Assembly: GCA_016788665.1 (NCBI GenBank)
Contig: JAEUSF010000002.1
Location: forward strand, 6,006 to 70,005
Origin: Candidatus Doudnabacteria bacterium
Lineage (GTDB): Bacteria; Patescibacteriota; Doudnabacteria; UBA920
Direction: 5' to 3'
DNA: 64,000 nt
Shown: positions 17,239 to 26,880 of the stretch, one piece after another
How positions within the stretch are numbered: the first letter of the stretch is position 1
Layout: the number at the start of each line of letters is the position of its first letter
Notes under the pieces: generated by a model
Seen by the model: the letters and a program-made list of their open reading frames with translations, nothing else
Databases searched by the model: none
What the model was told of the DNA's origin: nothing
Position numbers and translations under genes: made by a program

Positions 17239-19956
17239 CTACGCCACCATACTAACTGCGGCCGAGCGAGCAGAATCTACTTCTGCTATATCTGCTAAAT
17301 TACCTGCCGTATAGCCCGCTCTCCTTGCACGCCTCAAACCCTCATAAATATTTTTAAGTCGAACATTAGACTCATTTGGCTTTTTTATTTCCGTTACTTG
17401 TTTTGGACGAGGTGCATTTTCTATGTTTATAATTTTTGCTTTTGATCTTGCTGCAAAAAATGCTGGGCGAAACACCGGCTTTGACCTTGTTGCCACTCTA
17501 GGTGTGGCCATTCTCGGTTTAAAAGCCAAAACCACATTTTTAGCTGCTGAAATGTTCGGTCTAGACCTTACAGTTCTCTGAGCCGGCTTAGCTAGCACAA
17601 GCTTACTTAAAAGTTTTAATTCTTGCTTTACAGGAACTATTTTCGACTCATCCAAGCTCTCTTGTCTTGCTTCCCTTATACTTCTAACCCCTTGTCTTTG
17701 TGAATATAAATTACCGACAGGCTTCACAATCCTAGTTTGTACTTTCTGTTCTTTTTGCCTCAGCTGTCCTTCTGGCTTAGCACCCAGAGCTTTAATTGCG
17801 CGAATCTCTTGGCTCAATGTTCTTGCCTCAGGTAATTTTTTAGGCATAAAGACTTCTGTTCTAGATCCTTGTGTTCTTTCAATTCTTTCAGGCAAAATTT
17901 CTTTTGACTTACTTGCAATTTGTGACTTTAAACTCTGAAAAGGTTCAACAACCTTTGCTTCCAATTCTTCCGCCACCAAACTTGGAACTTCTACTAAATT
18001 TTGAATTGCTGATTCTATCTCAGCCAAAGCCGCATCCGGCTGCGCTTCTATAAGCCGCTCCTCTAGGCTAATACCTAGTTCAATATCTTCTACTGCTTTC
18101 TGATTTAACTCCCCGCCTTGAACTTCTTCTTGCTCCGCAGCTTCAACCTGCTTAATTTCTATAGCTTCTGCCGGAACTTCTTTGGCATCCTCTACCAAAG
18201 CAGGCTCTAGCAGCGCTCCTTCCACATCTTCTGTTGGAGCCTCGTTTTGTATTACCCGATTCTCCGCTGCCTCCATAAGGCTTATTTGGACTTCTTCTGC
18301 ATAGGACTCATTATTAACTTCACCCGCTCCCAAAACCGAAGCGTTGGCATCTTCTGTCTTCAAAACAACTCCCGACAGTACCGTTTCGGTCTTTACCAAC
18401 TCTTCTTCGCCGGAGCCTTCTGCTACTGTTTGGATTTCAATAGGCAATATATCTTTCTTTTTAACTTCCAAAGCTGCTTCAAAAATATTATTTTCCTTAG
18501 CTACCAAAACATCTTCCACATTTTCCGCACCATATTTTTTTATATCTTCTTGAGTTACCTCGTTACTACCGAAGTCACTCTCAGCGTTTAATTGCACAAC
18601 CCTCTCTTCTGATGGCAAATTTTCTGCACTTTCTTTTAGGCTTGTAGCCATATCTTCTTCTTGTGTTATAACTTCTTGTTCTGCCAAGTTATTGAAATCC
18701 GCAAACTCTGCCAAAGTAACACGTTCTGAATTCTCCCTCTCTGCCGCCTCGCCGACCAATTCCGCCTTGCCTATATCTCCATCTTCCTGATCACTTAATG
18801 TAATAACGCCTTCTGCCGTGATTTTTAATTTTGTAGGTTCTCTTAGTTTTTCTACACTTGCTTTAGAGGCCGAAACTAAAGCCTGCTCGGTTTTAATTTT
18901 TTGGAAAGCTGGTTCTGCTGGAACTAATGCTTTCACATTTTGCCTTACAGCTTTGCTACCTGGCTTAGCTTCTGCTTTTTGAACTACTTGCATTGCTGCC
19001 ACAGCTACTAACTCAACTTCCCTACCTTCCGCCAAAGTAATACCACTTTCCGCTAAATTCTCGGCTTGGCTTTTTTCTACAACTTGACCTGCTTCAAAAG
19101 CAACAGAGGGCTCAGAAGCAAACAATTCCAAAAAATTCATTTCTTCTACCGGCTTTGTCTCAACGTATATACCTGCTTTCTGCTCAGGTTCTTTAGCAGA
19201 CATAAAATTAACTACACCAAAAGCATTCTGCTCTTTTTCAACCGCTTTACTTTGGGTATTAAATAATCCTTCCCAAAAAGTATCTTTGGCAGCCGCATTT
19301 TGTTCCAAAGCCACAGAACTTGTAAAAAGAGCAGGTGTTATGTCTATAACCGTATCTCCATGCCTATGCGTTAAGTCTTCCGAATCTTCGTCGTCCATAT
19401 CTTCCATAACCTCCTCCAACAAACTTCTGACAATATCTTCTTCTGATGGCTTTGGCTTTAACTCATAGGCCTTAAAACTTATCTGCCCCTTTTCGTCCGC
19501 AAAGTAAACCTCCCTAACCAAATTCCCGGAAAACCTGTCCATATATTCTACGGTAGACCAGCCTTGGCTGAACAACTCTTCAACAATTTGCGAATGCCTA
19601 AGCCCCTCTTCACTCCCCTTAAGGCTTTCGGTCAAAGAAGCCTCCTTACCCTCAGGATCTTTATAATGCCACTCTTTAGACCCGGCCTTTAAAAAATTTC
19701 CACTAGTGGCAGAAAATGTTTCTTGCCAATCTTCACCTTTAGGCGAATTATCTGCCACGACTTGATCTAAGGAACTATACGAAAAAGCATCGGCTTTTTT
19801 TTTGCCTGTCTGATCAGGGTCGTCAACACCATAGGAAACAGGATCGCCTATATGCAAACCTGGATCCGAGTCACCAAACCTTGGGTTGTCTATTGGATTG
19901 AAAGGAATTTCTCCGGACATAAAAACCGCCTCTCCCGAGACGGCAAAAAACACCAA
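17239..19956 (-). CDS. Large acidic low-complexity protein (Glu/Ala/Val-rich) with a basic Arg/Lys-rich C-terminal tail
   Basis: 905-aa ORF with no signal peptide and a very acidic body; the final 200 aa are strongly basic. Confidence 0.5.
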   Translation of the reverse strand: MVFFAVSGEAVFMSGEIPFNPIDNPRFGDSDPGLHIGDPVSYGVDDPDQTGKKKADAFSYSSLDQVVADNSPKGEDWQETFSATSGNFLKAGSKEWHYKDPEGKEASLTESLKGSEEGLRHSQIVEELFSQGWSTVEYMDRFSGNLVREVYFADEKGQISFKAYELKPKPSEEDIVRSLLEEVMEDMDDEDSEDLTHRHGDTVIDITPALFTSSVALEQNAAAKDTFWEGLFNTQSKAVEKEQNAFGVVNFMSAKEPEQKAGIYVETKPVEEMNFLELFASEPSVAFEAGQVVEKSQAENLAESGITLAEGREVELVAVAAMQVVQKAEAKPGSKAVRQNVKALVPAEPAFQKIKTEQALVSASKASVEKLREPTKLKITAEGVITLSDQEDGDIGKAELVGEAAERENSERVTLAEFADFNNLAEQEVITQEEDMATSLKESAENLPSEERVVQLNAESDFGSNEVTQEDIKKYGAENVEDVLVAKENNIFEAALEVKKKDILPIEIQTVAEGSGEEELVKTETVLSGVVLKTEDANASVLGAGEVNNESYAEEVQISLMEAAENRVIQNEAPTEDVEGALLEPALVEDAKEVPAEAIEIKQVEAAEQEEVQGGELNQKAVEDIELGISLEERLIEAQPDAALAEIESAIQNLVEVPSLVAEELEAKVVEPFQSLKSQIASKSKEILPERIERTQGSRTEVFMPKKLPEARTLSQEIRAIKALGAKPEGQLRQKEQKVQTRIVKPVGNLYSQRQGVRSIREARQESLDESKIVPVKQELKLLSKLVLAKPAQRTVRSRPNISAAKNVVLAFKPRMATPRVATRSKPVFRPAFFAARSKAKIINIENAPRPKQVTEIKKPNESNVRLKNIYEGLRRARRAGYTAGNLADIAEVDSARSAAVSMVA

Positions 19957-20410
19957 AGGTTTTTTCCTGCTCGGGAACTTTAAACCTATTTGGCGACCAG
20001 ACTTATACCCACTAAATCCACGAGATCAATTTTAGATCTGCGTATCAGCGAATAATCACTGTTGCGGCACAGTTTCGGAATTTAACCACTATTATTTGTA
20101 ATTTTATATTCAGCTTTCTTCTGCGTACCCCGCCAGCAGGCGAATCCGCGAGATTCTTGCGTTCACAAATTTATAAACGAACCAACGCAAGGCAACCGAA
20201 TACATTTTACTTACACCTCAGTAGTAGTTTTCACCGAATTCCCCAAATAAGCTTTTTTATTTTTAACGTATGAGTATTATATACCCTAAACCCCGTCTGT
20301 CAATTTTTTATGAATTCGCCCATACCCAACCTCAGCACACTTAACAACAATTTTTTAATATCTAACTTAATACTTTTATACTATTCGAACGAATAAAATT
20401 AAAGGTAAGC

Positions 20411-20454
20411 AAAAAACCCAAAATAAAACTCCCGGGGGCACAGCCGGGAGTTTT
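20411..20454 (-). terminator. Rho-independent terminator (CTCCCGGGGGCACAGCCGGGAG plus U-run)
   Basis: GC stem followed on the minus strand by TTTTATTTTGGGTTTTT; just after the stop of the 20482-21048 gene. Confidence 0.7.
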
Positions 20455-20481
20455 AAATTTATTTCGCAATTCTTATTTACA

Positions 20482-21048
20482 CTATTCTATTAGCAACTTA
20501 TATATGCTATCCATTAAACCACCTTCTTCTTTATACTGAGAACTTTGTATACTTGCACCTGCTACCCTACCAGTGTAAGAAGGAGTCTCCAAAGCAGAAT
20601 CTTCAAACCCCAAAGCATAGGCCATGCCGCTCTCCTCGGCTAGCCATGAAATGTTGCTTGCATACACAGCATAAGTTTCCTCCGCAGGCTCCACAATAGT
20701 TGCCTGAACAAACTTACTGTAGTTAACCGCACCATTGTCTATAGCAGCAACAACGTTCTCCATAGAAAATGGATCAGAAAGCTGGGTATAGGTTTGTGAG
20801 AAACTAGCGTCTGACATAGAAACTGCGACCATAAAAGCTAACGAGAACATAGCTGCTCCAAGTAACCCAAAAACTTTGCCCGGAGTTTCTACGTTCAAAG
20901 CATCGTGTAGAAATTGATTCATATTTTTATTTTGGTTTTTGTACAAAGCTTGGTTGTACCCAGAATTTTTGCTGTGCAAAAATCTGTACAAAAAAGAAGT
21001 ATTCGCGCGTCGACTCCTTTTTTTGGCACGAAAAAAACTTTGTTTCAA
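20482..21048 (-). CDS. Hypothetical membrane protein (TTG start in track; true start uncertain)
   Basis: Basic N-terminus then a TM helix VFGLLGAAMFSLAFMVAVSM. Confidence 0.4.
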   Translation of the reverse strand: MKQSFFRAKKRSRRANTSFLYRFLHSKNSGYNQALYKNQNKNMNQFLHDALNVETPGKVFGLLGAAMFSLAFMVAVSMSDASFSQTYTQLSDPFSMENVVAAIDNGAVNYSKFVQATIVEPAEETYAVYASNISWLAEESGMAYALGFEDSALETPSYTGRVAGASIQSSQYKEEGGLMDSIYKLLIE

Positions 21049-21236
21049 ACTTAATTATTGATTTGTTTTTTGTGGCTCTAAAAAATTTTGTTTTAAAGCC
21101 TTTTTTGTTTCAATTCGTACATTCTTTTCGCACACTTGCGAAATCGACCTTTAGAATATTACGTTACATACATTATAGCACAGCTACAGAAAAAAAGCAA
21201 ATGATCTGCAGGACACAAAATTAAAACACTACCGAT

Positions 21237-21290
21237 GCCTACAGAAATCTAATCATATTTAGATTACTATATTTCTGTAGGCATCACGTA
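21237..21290. terminator. Long hairpin (15-bp perfect inverted repeat GATGCCTACAGAAAT) downstream of ftsZ
   Basis: Direct reading; U-rich tract follows on the minus strand. Confidence 0.5.
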
Positions 21291-21317
21291 GTGTATTTTT
21301 TTGTAGTTCTCGTAGTA

Positions 21318-22511
21318 TTATTTCATTTTCTTTCGAATGAACGCAGGGATCTCCAATTCATCTTCAGAGTCACCACTTGTTGCACTTGCCGCGGGTTCAG
21401 TTGGCGGTGTTGCCTGTACCGGACGAGGGTTAAACATTGGCTTCCTTACTTCCAACGGAGGAGGGGGCAAATTTACCGGCGCTGTTTTTGCTTCAGGCAT
21501 AATATGCCGTTTTTCTTCCTGACTCAAAATTGCAATCGGTCTTTTACTTGACTCGTCAAACCCGGTAGCAATAACTGTAATCCTAATTTCATCGCCCATG
21601 TCTTCGTCTATAACGGTACCGAATTTAACTTTCGCATCTGGGTCTATACTCTTGGTTATAACTTTGGCAGCTTCGTCTATTTCAAACATACCCAAATTGG
21701 AACCACCTGTTATGTTAAACAGCACACCTTTAGCTCCGTCTATAGCAAGCTCGAGCAAAGGAGAATTTATGGCCAAGCGCGCGGCTTCCTGAGCTCTGTT
21801 CTCCCCGCTTGCTCTGCCAATTCCCATAAGAGCTGTACCAGCGTCTTGCATTATACTTCGCACGTCGGCAAAATCTGCATTTACAATTCCGTGTGTGGTA
21901 ATTAAATCTGAAATACCTGCGATACCCTGTCTCAATACCTCGTCGACTGTTTTAAAAGCATCTACCAAAGAAGTCTTTTTGTCTATTATCTGAAGTATGC
22001 GGTCGTTCTGAATAGAAATTATTGCATCTACTTTGTCCTTTAAGTTGTCATAGCCCACCTCTGCAACTTCCTTTCTCTTAGACCCTTCAAAAGTAAAAGG
22101 CTTGGTAACCACAGCTACGGTTAAAATTCCTTTATTCTTTGCGAGCTCGGCTACTATTGGAGACGCGCCAGTACCGGTTCCCCCGCCAAGTCCGCAGGTA
22201 ATAAAAACCATATCGGCATTGTCTATAATGTCTTCCAAATCTTCGACGCTTTCTTCTGCAGCCTGACGTCCTAATTCTGGGTTCATTCCGCTACCCAAAC
22301 CTTTAGTAGCGGTTTTACCAATATGAACCTTTTTGTCTGCCTGGTTGTTATGCAAAGCCTGAGAGTCTGTGTTTATAGCCACAAACTCTACGCCTTTTAT
22401 ACCAAGTTCGGACATGCGATTTACAGCATTGGTACCGGACCCGCCAATTCCTAAAACTTTAATTCTGGCAAAACTTTCAATTTTTGGTTTAACTTCCATT
22501 GTTTTTTTCAT
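21318..22511 (-). CDS. ftsZ: Cell division GTPase FtsZ
   Basis: [13 protein letters not shown]...[15 protein letters not shown] tubulin signature. Confidence 0.95.
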   Translation of the reverse strand: MKKTMEVKPKIESFARIKVLGIGGSGTNAVNRMSELGIKGVEFVAINTDSQALHNNQADKKVHIGKTATKGLGSGMNPELGRQAAEESVEDLEDIIDNADMVFITCGLGGGTGTGASPIVAELAKNKGILTVAVVTKPFTFEGSKRKEVAEVGYDNLKDKVDAIISIQNDRILQIIDKKTSLVDAFKTVDEVLRQGIAGISDLITTHGIVNADFADVRSIMQDAGTALMGIGRASGENRAQEAARLAINSPLLELAIDGAKGVLFNITGGSNLGMFEIDEAAKVITKSIDPDAKVKFGTVIDEDMGDEIRITVIATGFDESSKRPIAILSQEEKRHIMPEAKTAPVNLPPPPLEVRKPMFNPRPVQATPPTEPAASATSGDSEDELEIPAFIRKKMK

Positions 22512-22784
22512 GATGATCTTTATAAAGAATTATACCCAATAAGTTATGCACTTGCAAACTTTACAGCTTAAATACAAGCCTTTAATGAAAATTTAAAATA
22601 ATAAAAAGCCAGCTTTCAAAGATGCTCGTTTGGTAGCTTGGCTTTTTGTTTTTGCTGTTAAATTTTAACAGAGAAATGTTTTTGCTTTTGTCTAACTATA
22701 ACATACTCATAAAATATTGCAAACTACTTACCAAAAAGGGAGCCTAAGCTTACAGCAAAGACTCCCTTTTAACAACTAACCGTT

Positions 22785-23069
22785 TTAGCTATTTTGAATG
22801 CGGCTTTTTAGCTCGGCTTGTTCCAAAGCTTCGCCAGCGTTAGCGGCTACTTTCTTTAAAGCCTTTAACTCCTCTATGGCCTCGTCCAGAAAAGCGAGCT
22901 CAATTTTATTAAACGTGTTTTCACTCTGCACATGTAGCATGGTTAAATCAAGCAAAATTTTGCCTGCTTCCTTTTCAGAAACATCGGAACTCAAAAAAAC
23001 TTGCAAAACACTTTTTGCCTTTTCTATGTCCCCGTCTTCTAGAGCCTGTTTTAAATCTTGAATTTGCAT
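22785..23069 (-). CDS. Small acidic coiled-coil protein, hypothetical
   Basis: ORF followed by the hairpin terminator AAAGGGAG...CTCCCTTT (22735-22775). Confidence 0.45.
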   Translation of the reverse strand: MQIQDLKQALEDGDIEKAKSVLQVFLSSDVSEKEAGKILLDLTMLHVQSENTFNKIELAFLDEAIEELKALKKVAANAGEALEQAELKSRIQNS

Positions 23070-23070
23070 T

Positions 23071-25176
23071 TTATAATTTTGCCTTATAGGCTTTTAAAAC
23101 TATCGCCAGGGCTTTTTCACCCGGCGAGCCCTTTTTGTAAACATCTATTAAACCTTCCAAAACTTCATTTTTTACTTCAAGATACCTAGGACTCGTCGCC
23201 GTATCCCCCAACGCTCTTTCTATAGACATCATTTGGAGCTTGAGTTTTTCTATAGTCGTACTGCCTTTTTTAAACTCTTTAAAACCTTTCACCATTTCTC
23301 TGGTAGCTACAATCATTACAAGTTCTTTGGCGTCCTTTTCTAACTGGTCATATTCCCTACCCCCTCCATAGTCCTCTCCTGCGTCAAAGTACTCTACTCC
23401 GGAACCGTCACTTTCCTCAAAAGCCGAATCTAAACTTTGCCAAGCTTTTAAAGCCTTTTCTAAAGAAGCATCCGGCTCGGTTAAAACTTTTAGGTTTTGC
23501 CTAAATTCCTTTCTAACTTCTGCTATAACCTGCCTGGTCTCTTCTGCTTCGTTAAATAAATACCTAGTTAAACTTTTGAGCTTTAGCTCCATAGCAGCTT
23601 TTTCCTCAGACGCATTTTGCAACTTTTCAAGCTTCCTTTCCAAGCCCGCTACTTTACCTAGGCTTTCAGAAAATACTGCCTCCGCCTTTTCCATTGCAAC
23701 TTTATGTCTTTGGTCAGGACTCTCTTTCCTAAAACTCTTCCATGCGCTTACAGGACCCTCGTTCCTAAAACTCTTCCATGCTCTTGCCAGCACGTTTTTA
23801 CCAGAAAACTCTTTGGACTGCCTGTATAGCCTTGCGCCCTTCTGAACACTGTTATTTCTATACTCAGTTTCTATTCTATTTCCCACTTTACTTACATTTT
23901 TATACAAGTCCTGAAGACTCCCAAAACCAATGTCGTCCCTATTCGCCAAATCGTTTAAATCTTTAATGCGGCCAATATCGGCCGGGTTCCTTAACACTGT
24001 TGAAATTTCCGCCTTTAGTCTATATGCGTCCTCCAGAGAATTCCAAACGCTTCGGGGACCACTAACTCGAGCAACACCACTAAACCCCCTAAGCGACAAT
24101 TTGCGCACGTCGTCCAATTTTTGATTCAGCTTAGTAACCTCCTCACCACTTTCAGGGTCGGCATAATCAACCTTACTTAACTGTTCGCTAATACCTCTTC
24201 TGTACTCACCCAGCAAATCTTCGGACATGCCTCCGGCCGCATCAATCGCCTCGTCAAAATTTTTCATTATTCCCGCCGCAGCTTCTAAACTGAATTTTTT
24301 TCCGGTATCTAGCTTAGCGACCGCTTCGACTTTATTTTTTGCTGCCTGCAAATAGTTCTGCAGTTCATCTGTGTTCATTCCTGCTTCTGCAAACACCTCG
24401 GCTCTTTTTTCCACCACTTCCAAATACCGCCCATATTGTTCGGCATTTTCCTGTGCCGTTTTTACAGACTCCAAACCAGCTTTTTGCATTTCTGCTTCTA
24501 CTATTTTAAATTCGGCAGAAAATTGCCCCAATGCCTTTTCACCCCTCACTATGGCATTGAAGGCATTATTTTCGGCTTCCAGAGTAGTCTTTCTTTCTTC
24601 CGCGCTTCCTAAACTTTCTTTTGAGTCTATAAGTTTACTTTCCAAACTATCTTCAGGCTCCATGGCTGAAAGCTCTTCCTGCTTAGCTTTTATTGCCAAA
24701 GGCAGCTTTTCATAATCTTCCAAATCCTGATTTATTATTTTAAGCGCCTCTACTCCTTCGTTTTGGACTCTTTCCATTAAGCCCTGCTCCAAACCTTTTA
24801 GCTGTTCAGGCTTTAGCTTTACGCTTGTGTCCTTTAAAATTTTTGCTTGTAAAATTTCCCCAAGCTTTTTACTTGCTTTAGGTATTTCTTTAAAAGCCTC
24901 AAAGCGTTCCTTTACTAATTTTTCATCTGCCTCGTCCATATCTAAAACCTCGGCATCTGGAAAACCAGCCAAAAACTCCGAAAAGCCAGGCGTATTTAGC
25001 GCGGTCTCCATAGAGAAAGCCCCGCTCTCTACAGCAGCGTGCTCAGTTTCGGAAGAATGATTTGTTTTTGTTTCAGCTTTATGGCCATGACCCTTAGACT
25101 GCCTAAACGAAGTTAAGTCTTGGCCAAACTTTGAACCGGTAACCGGCTCGCCATTTATTGCAGTTATATTTACCAT
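23071..25176 (-). CDS. Large coiled-coil protein, hypothetical; contains an internal tandem duplication (AWKSFRNEGPVS/AWKSFRKESP)
   Basis: 701-aa ORF with heptad-rich K/E/L composition; stop abuts the start of the next gene. Confidence 0.5.
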   Translation of the reverse strand: MVNITAINGEPVTGSKFGQDLTSFRQSKGHGHKAETKTNHSSETEHAAVESGAFSMETALNTPGFSEFLAGFPDAEVLDMDEADEKLVKERFEAFKEIPKASKKLGEILQAKILKDTSVKLKPEQLKGLEQGLMERVQNEGVEALKIINQDLEDYEKLPLAIKAKQEELSAMEPEDSLESKLIDSKESLGSAEERKTTLEAENNAFNAIVRGEKALGQFSAEFKIVEAEMQKAGLESVKTAQENAEQYGRYLEVVEKRAEVFAEAGMNTDELQNYLQAAKNKVEAVAKLDTGKKFSLEAAAGIMKNFDEAIDAAGGMSEDLLGEYRRGISEQLSKVDYADPESGEEVTKLNQKLDDVRKLSLRGFSGVARVSGPRSVWNSLEDAYRLKAEISTVLRNPADIGRIKDLNDLANRDDIGFGSLQDLYKNVSKVGNRIETEYRNNSVQKGARLYRQSKEFSGKNVLARAWKSFRNEGPVSAWKSFRKESPDQRHKVAMEKAEAVFSESLGKVAGLERKLEKLQNASEEKAAMELKLKSLTRYLFNEAEETRQVIAEVRKEFRQNLKVLTEPDASLEKALKAWQSLDSAFEESDGSGVEYFDAGEDYGGGREYDQLEKDAKELVMIVATREMVKGFKEFKKGSTTIEKLKLQMMSIERALGDTATSPRYLEVKNEVLEGLIDVYKKGSPGEKALAIVLKAYKAKL

Positions 25177-25278
25177 GTATTTATAATAGTATAAATTTAT
25201 TTTAAATTCAAACCAAATCTAAACAGCTTTTATATAACAAATTAATATGGTATAATTTATACAAATATAAACACATTT

Positions 25279-26799
25279 ATGAAACAAAAAATATATAGTT
25301 CTGTACTAACCTTACTGTTCTTTTTTAATATCTTTGGCATCCTAGGCCAACCAGCAGCGGCACAAACTTTTTGCCAATTTAGCATAACAAGCTTTGAGGC
25401 TCAAAACACTTCGGCCACCGACTATAGCACAGTAAACAAAAACAGCTCGGTAAAAGTTTTTGTTAAAAGCAGCTTTGACCAAGTTTGTGTTAAACCATAC
25501 ACAGTCGTTTACACCTTCCAACTAAAAACCAAGTCTGGCTACACAACAGTACAAACAAAAGAATTTACCCCTCCCATAAATACTTCAACCCATGACTTTA
25601 ATTTCATTTACGACCTAAGTTCTTTTTCGGGCTGGAATAACTTATCGGATAATGCGAAACTTGAATACAGCCTTACTGCTTCTGGAAAGTCAGGAGCTGT
25701 ATCCAGACCCTTTGCAAATACTAATACCTGGGGCAAATTTTTAAATGTTACCGGATCTAGCACCGGTGGGACAACTCCAAGCGGTACCGGCAATCTTTCT
25801 ATGCAGCTTGCTGTAGACAAAGCCGAAGCATTAACCGGCTCTACTTTATATGTAGATATTAAAGTGAACGGAACTGTTACAGACCCGCTAGCGATACAAA
25901 AAAAATATAAAATATTAACCTATGTAAACACAAAATGGGTTGGACAGTTCAGGGACCTTACCTCCACACAACTGACCCAATCAAAAACCCAAGAAATAGT
26001 AGTGAATACAGAAAACGGATTTAAAGCTGGTGCAAATACCATACGGGTAGAAGCATACAACCAAGATACGAACACTCTAATTGCTCAAGCAAGTTTAAAT
26101 ATTTCTATGCCAGGAGCAAGCTCTAACTCTTCTCCTACTGTTAGTGTATCCCCAACAAAATCTTCTTATGCATTAGGTGAGACTATTACTTTGCAGTTTC
26201 AAAATCTTCCCAGTGGAAGAGTTGGAGTAATTACAATAAACAATGCAGTAGACAAAACTCTGCCCCAACAAAATAACTTCCCTATCGAACTTTCGACAAC
26301 TAACGGCTTTAACGATAAAAGCAATAACAACATTTTAATTAAAATTTCCGACAGCTCAGGTGCGCCGGTAACTTTAGACAAAAGTTCGCTAACTATTCCT
26401 ATTGGCATACAAGGTGCGCAGACCAATTCATCAAGTACACCAGGTACAACCGGAGGAATTCCAACTCTTAGTGAAACTTTAGTTAACCCTCTGCCCTGGG
26501 ACGGACTTTTAGAAACTTTCTTAGGTATAACCAAAGGCTTGTTAGCCGGCTTAGCTATTTGGGCAGTTATAGCAATTATAATAGCTGGCTTTAGAATGGT
26601 TCTCGCAGCTGGCAACGAAGAAGCTATAGCTACTGCCAAAAGGTCTATAACTTGGGCTATTTTAGGTTTAGTTGTAGCCATACTTTCTTTTAGCATAGTG
26701 GCCATAGTCCAAAACTTACTCAACGTAAAAATAGAGCAGTACGACCCGCGTCCAGTTACTGGTTACGAACAAACTCAAGAACCAAAAAACTTAAGTTAA
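25279..26799 (+). CDS. Secreted Ser/Thr-rich surface protein with a C-terminal TrbC/VirB2-pilin-like two-helix hydrophobic hairpin
   Basis: Signal peptide MKQKIYSSVLTLLFFFNIFGILGQPAAAQ; C-terminus GLLAGLAIWAVIAIIIAGFRMVLAAGNEEAIATAKRSITWAILGLVVAILSF. Confidence 0.5.
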   Translation: MKQKIYSSVLTLLFFFNIFGILGQPAAAQTFCQFSITSFEAQNTSATDYSTVNKNSSVKVFVKSSFDQVCVKPYTVVYTFQLKTKSGYTTVQTKEFTPPINTSTHDFNFIYDLSSFSGWNNLSDNAKLEYSLTASGKSGAVSRPFANTNTWGKFLNVTGSSTGGTTPSGTGNLSMQLAVDKAEALTGSTLYVDIKVNGTVTDPLAIQKKYKILTYVNTKWVGQFRDLTSTQLTQSKTQEIVVNTENGFKAGANTIRVEAYNQDTNTLIAQASLNISMPGASSNSSPTVSVSPTKSSYALGETITLQFQNLPSGRVGVITINNAVDKTLPQQNNFPIELSTTNGFNDKSNNNILIKISDSSGAPVTLDKSSLTIPIGIQGAQTNSSSTPGTTGGIPTLSETLVNPLPWDGLLETFLGITKGLLAGLAIWAVIAIIIAGFRMVLAAGNEEAIATAKRSITWAILGLVVAILSFSIVAIVQNLLNVKIEQYDPRPVTGYEQTQEPKNLS

Positions 26800-26803
26800 A
26801 AAT

Positions 26804-26880
26804 ACCATTCAAAAAACCATGTTCTACCCTCACCTAACCTCTCCCTGGAAAGGGAGAGGAATAAGAGAGAACATGGTTTT
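26804..26880. repeat. Compound hairpin: 21-bp perfect inverted repeat CCATTCAAAAAACCATGTTCT enclosing inner hairpin CTCTCCCTggaaaGGGAGAG
   Basis: Direct reading; sits exactly at the low-GC/high-GC junction. Confidence 0.7.
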
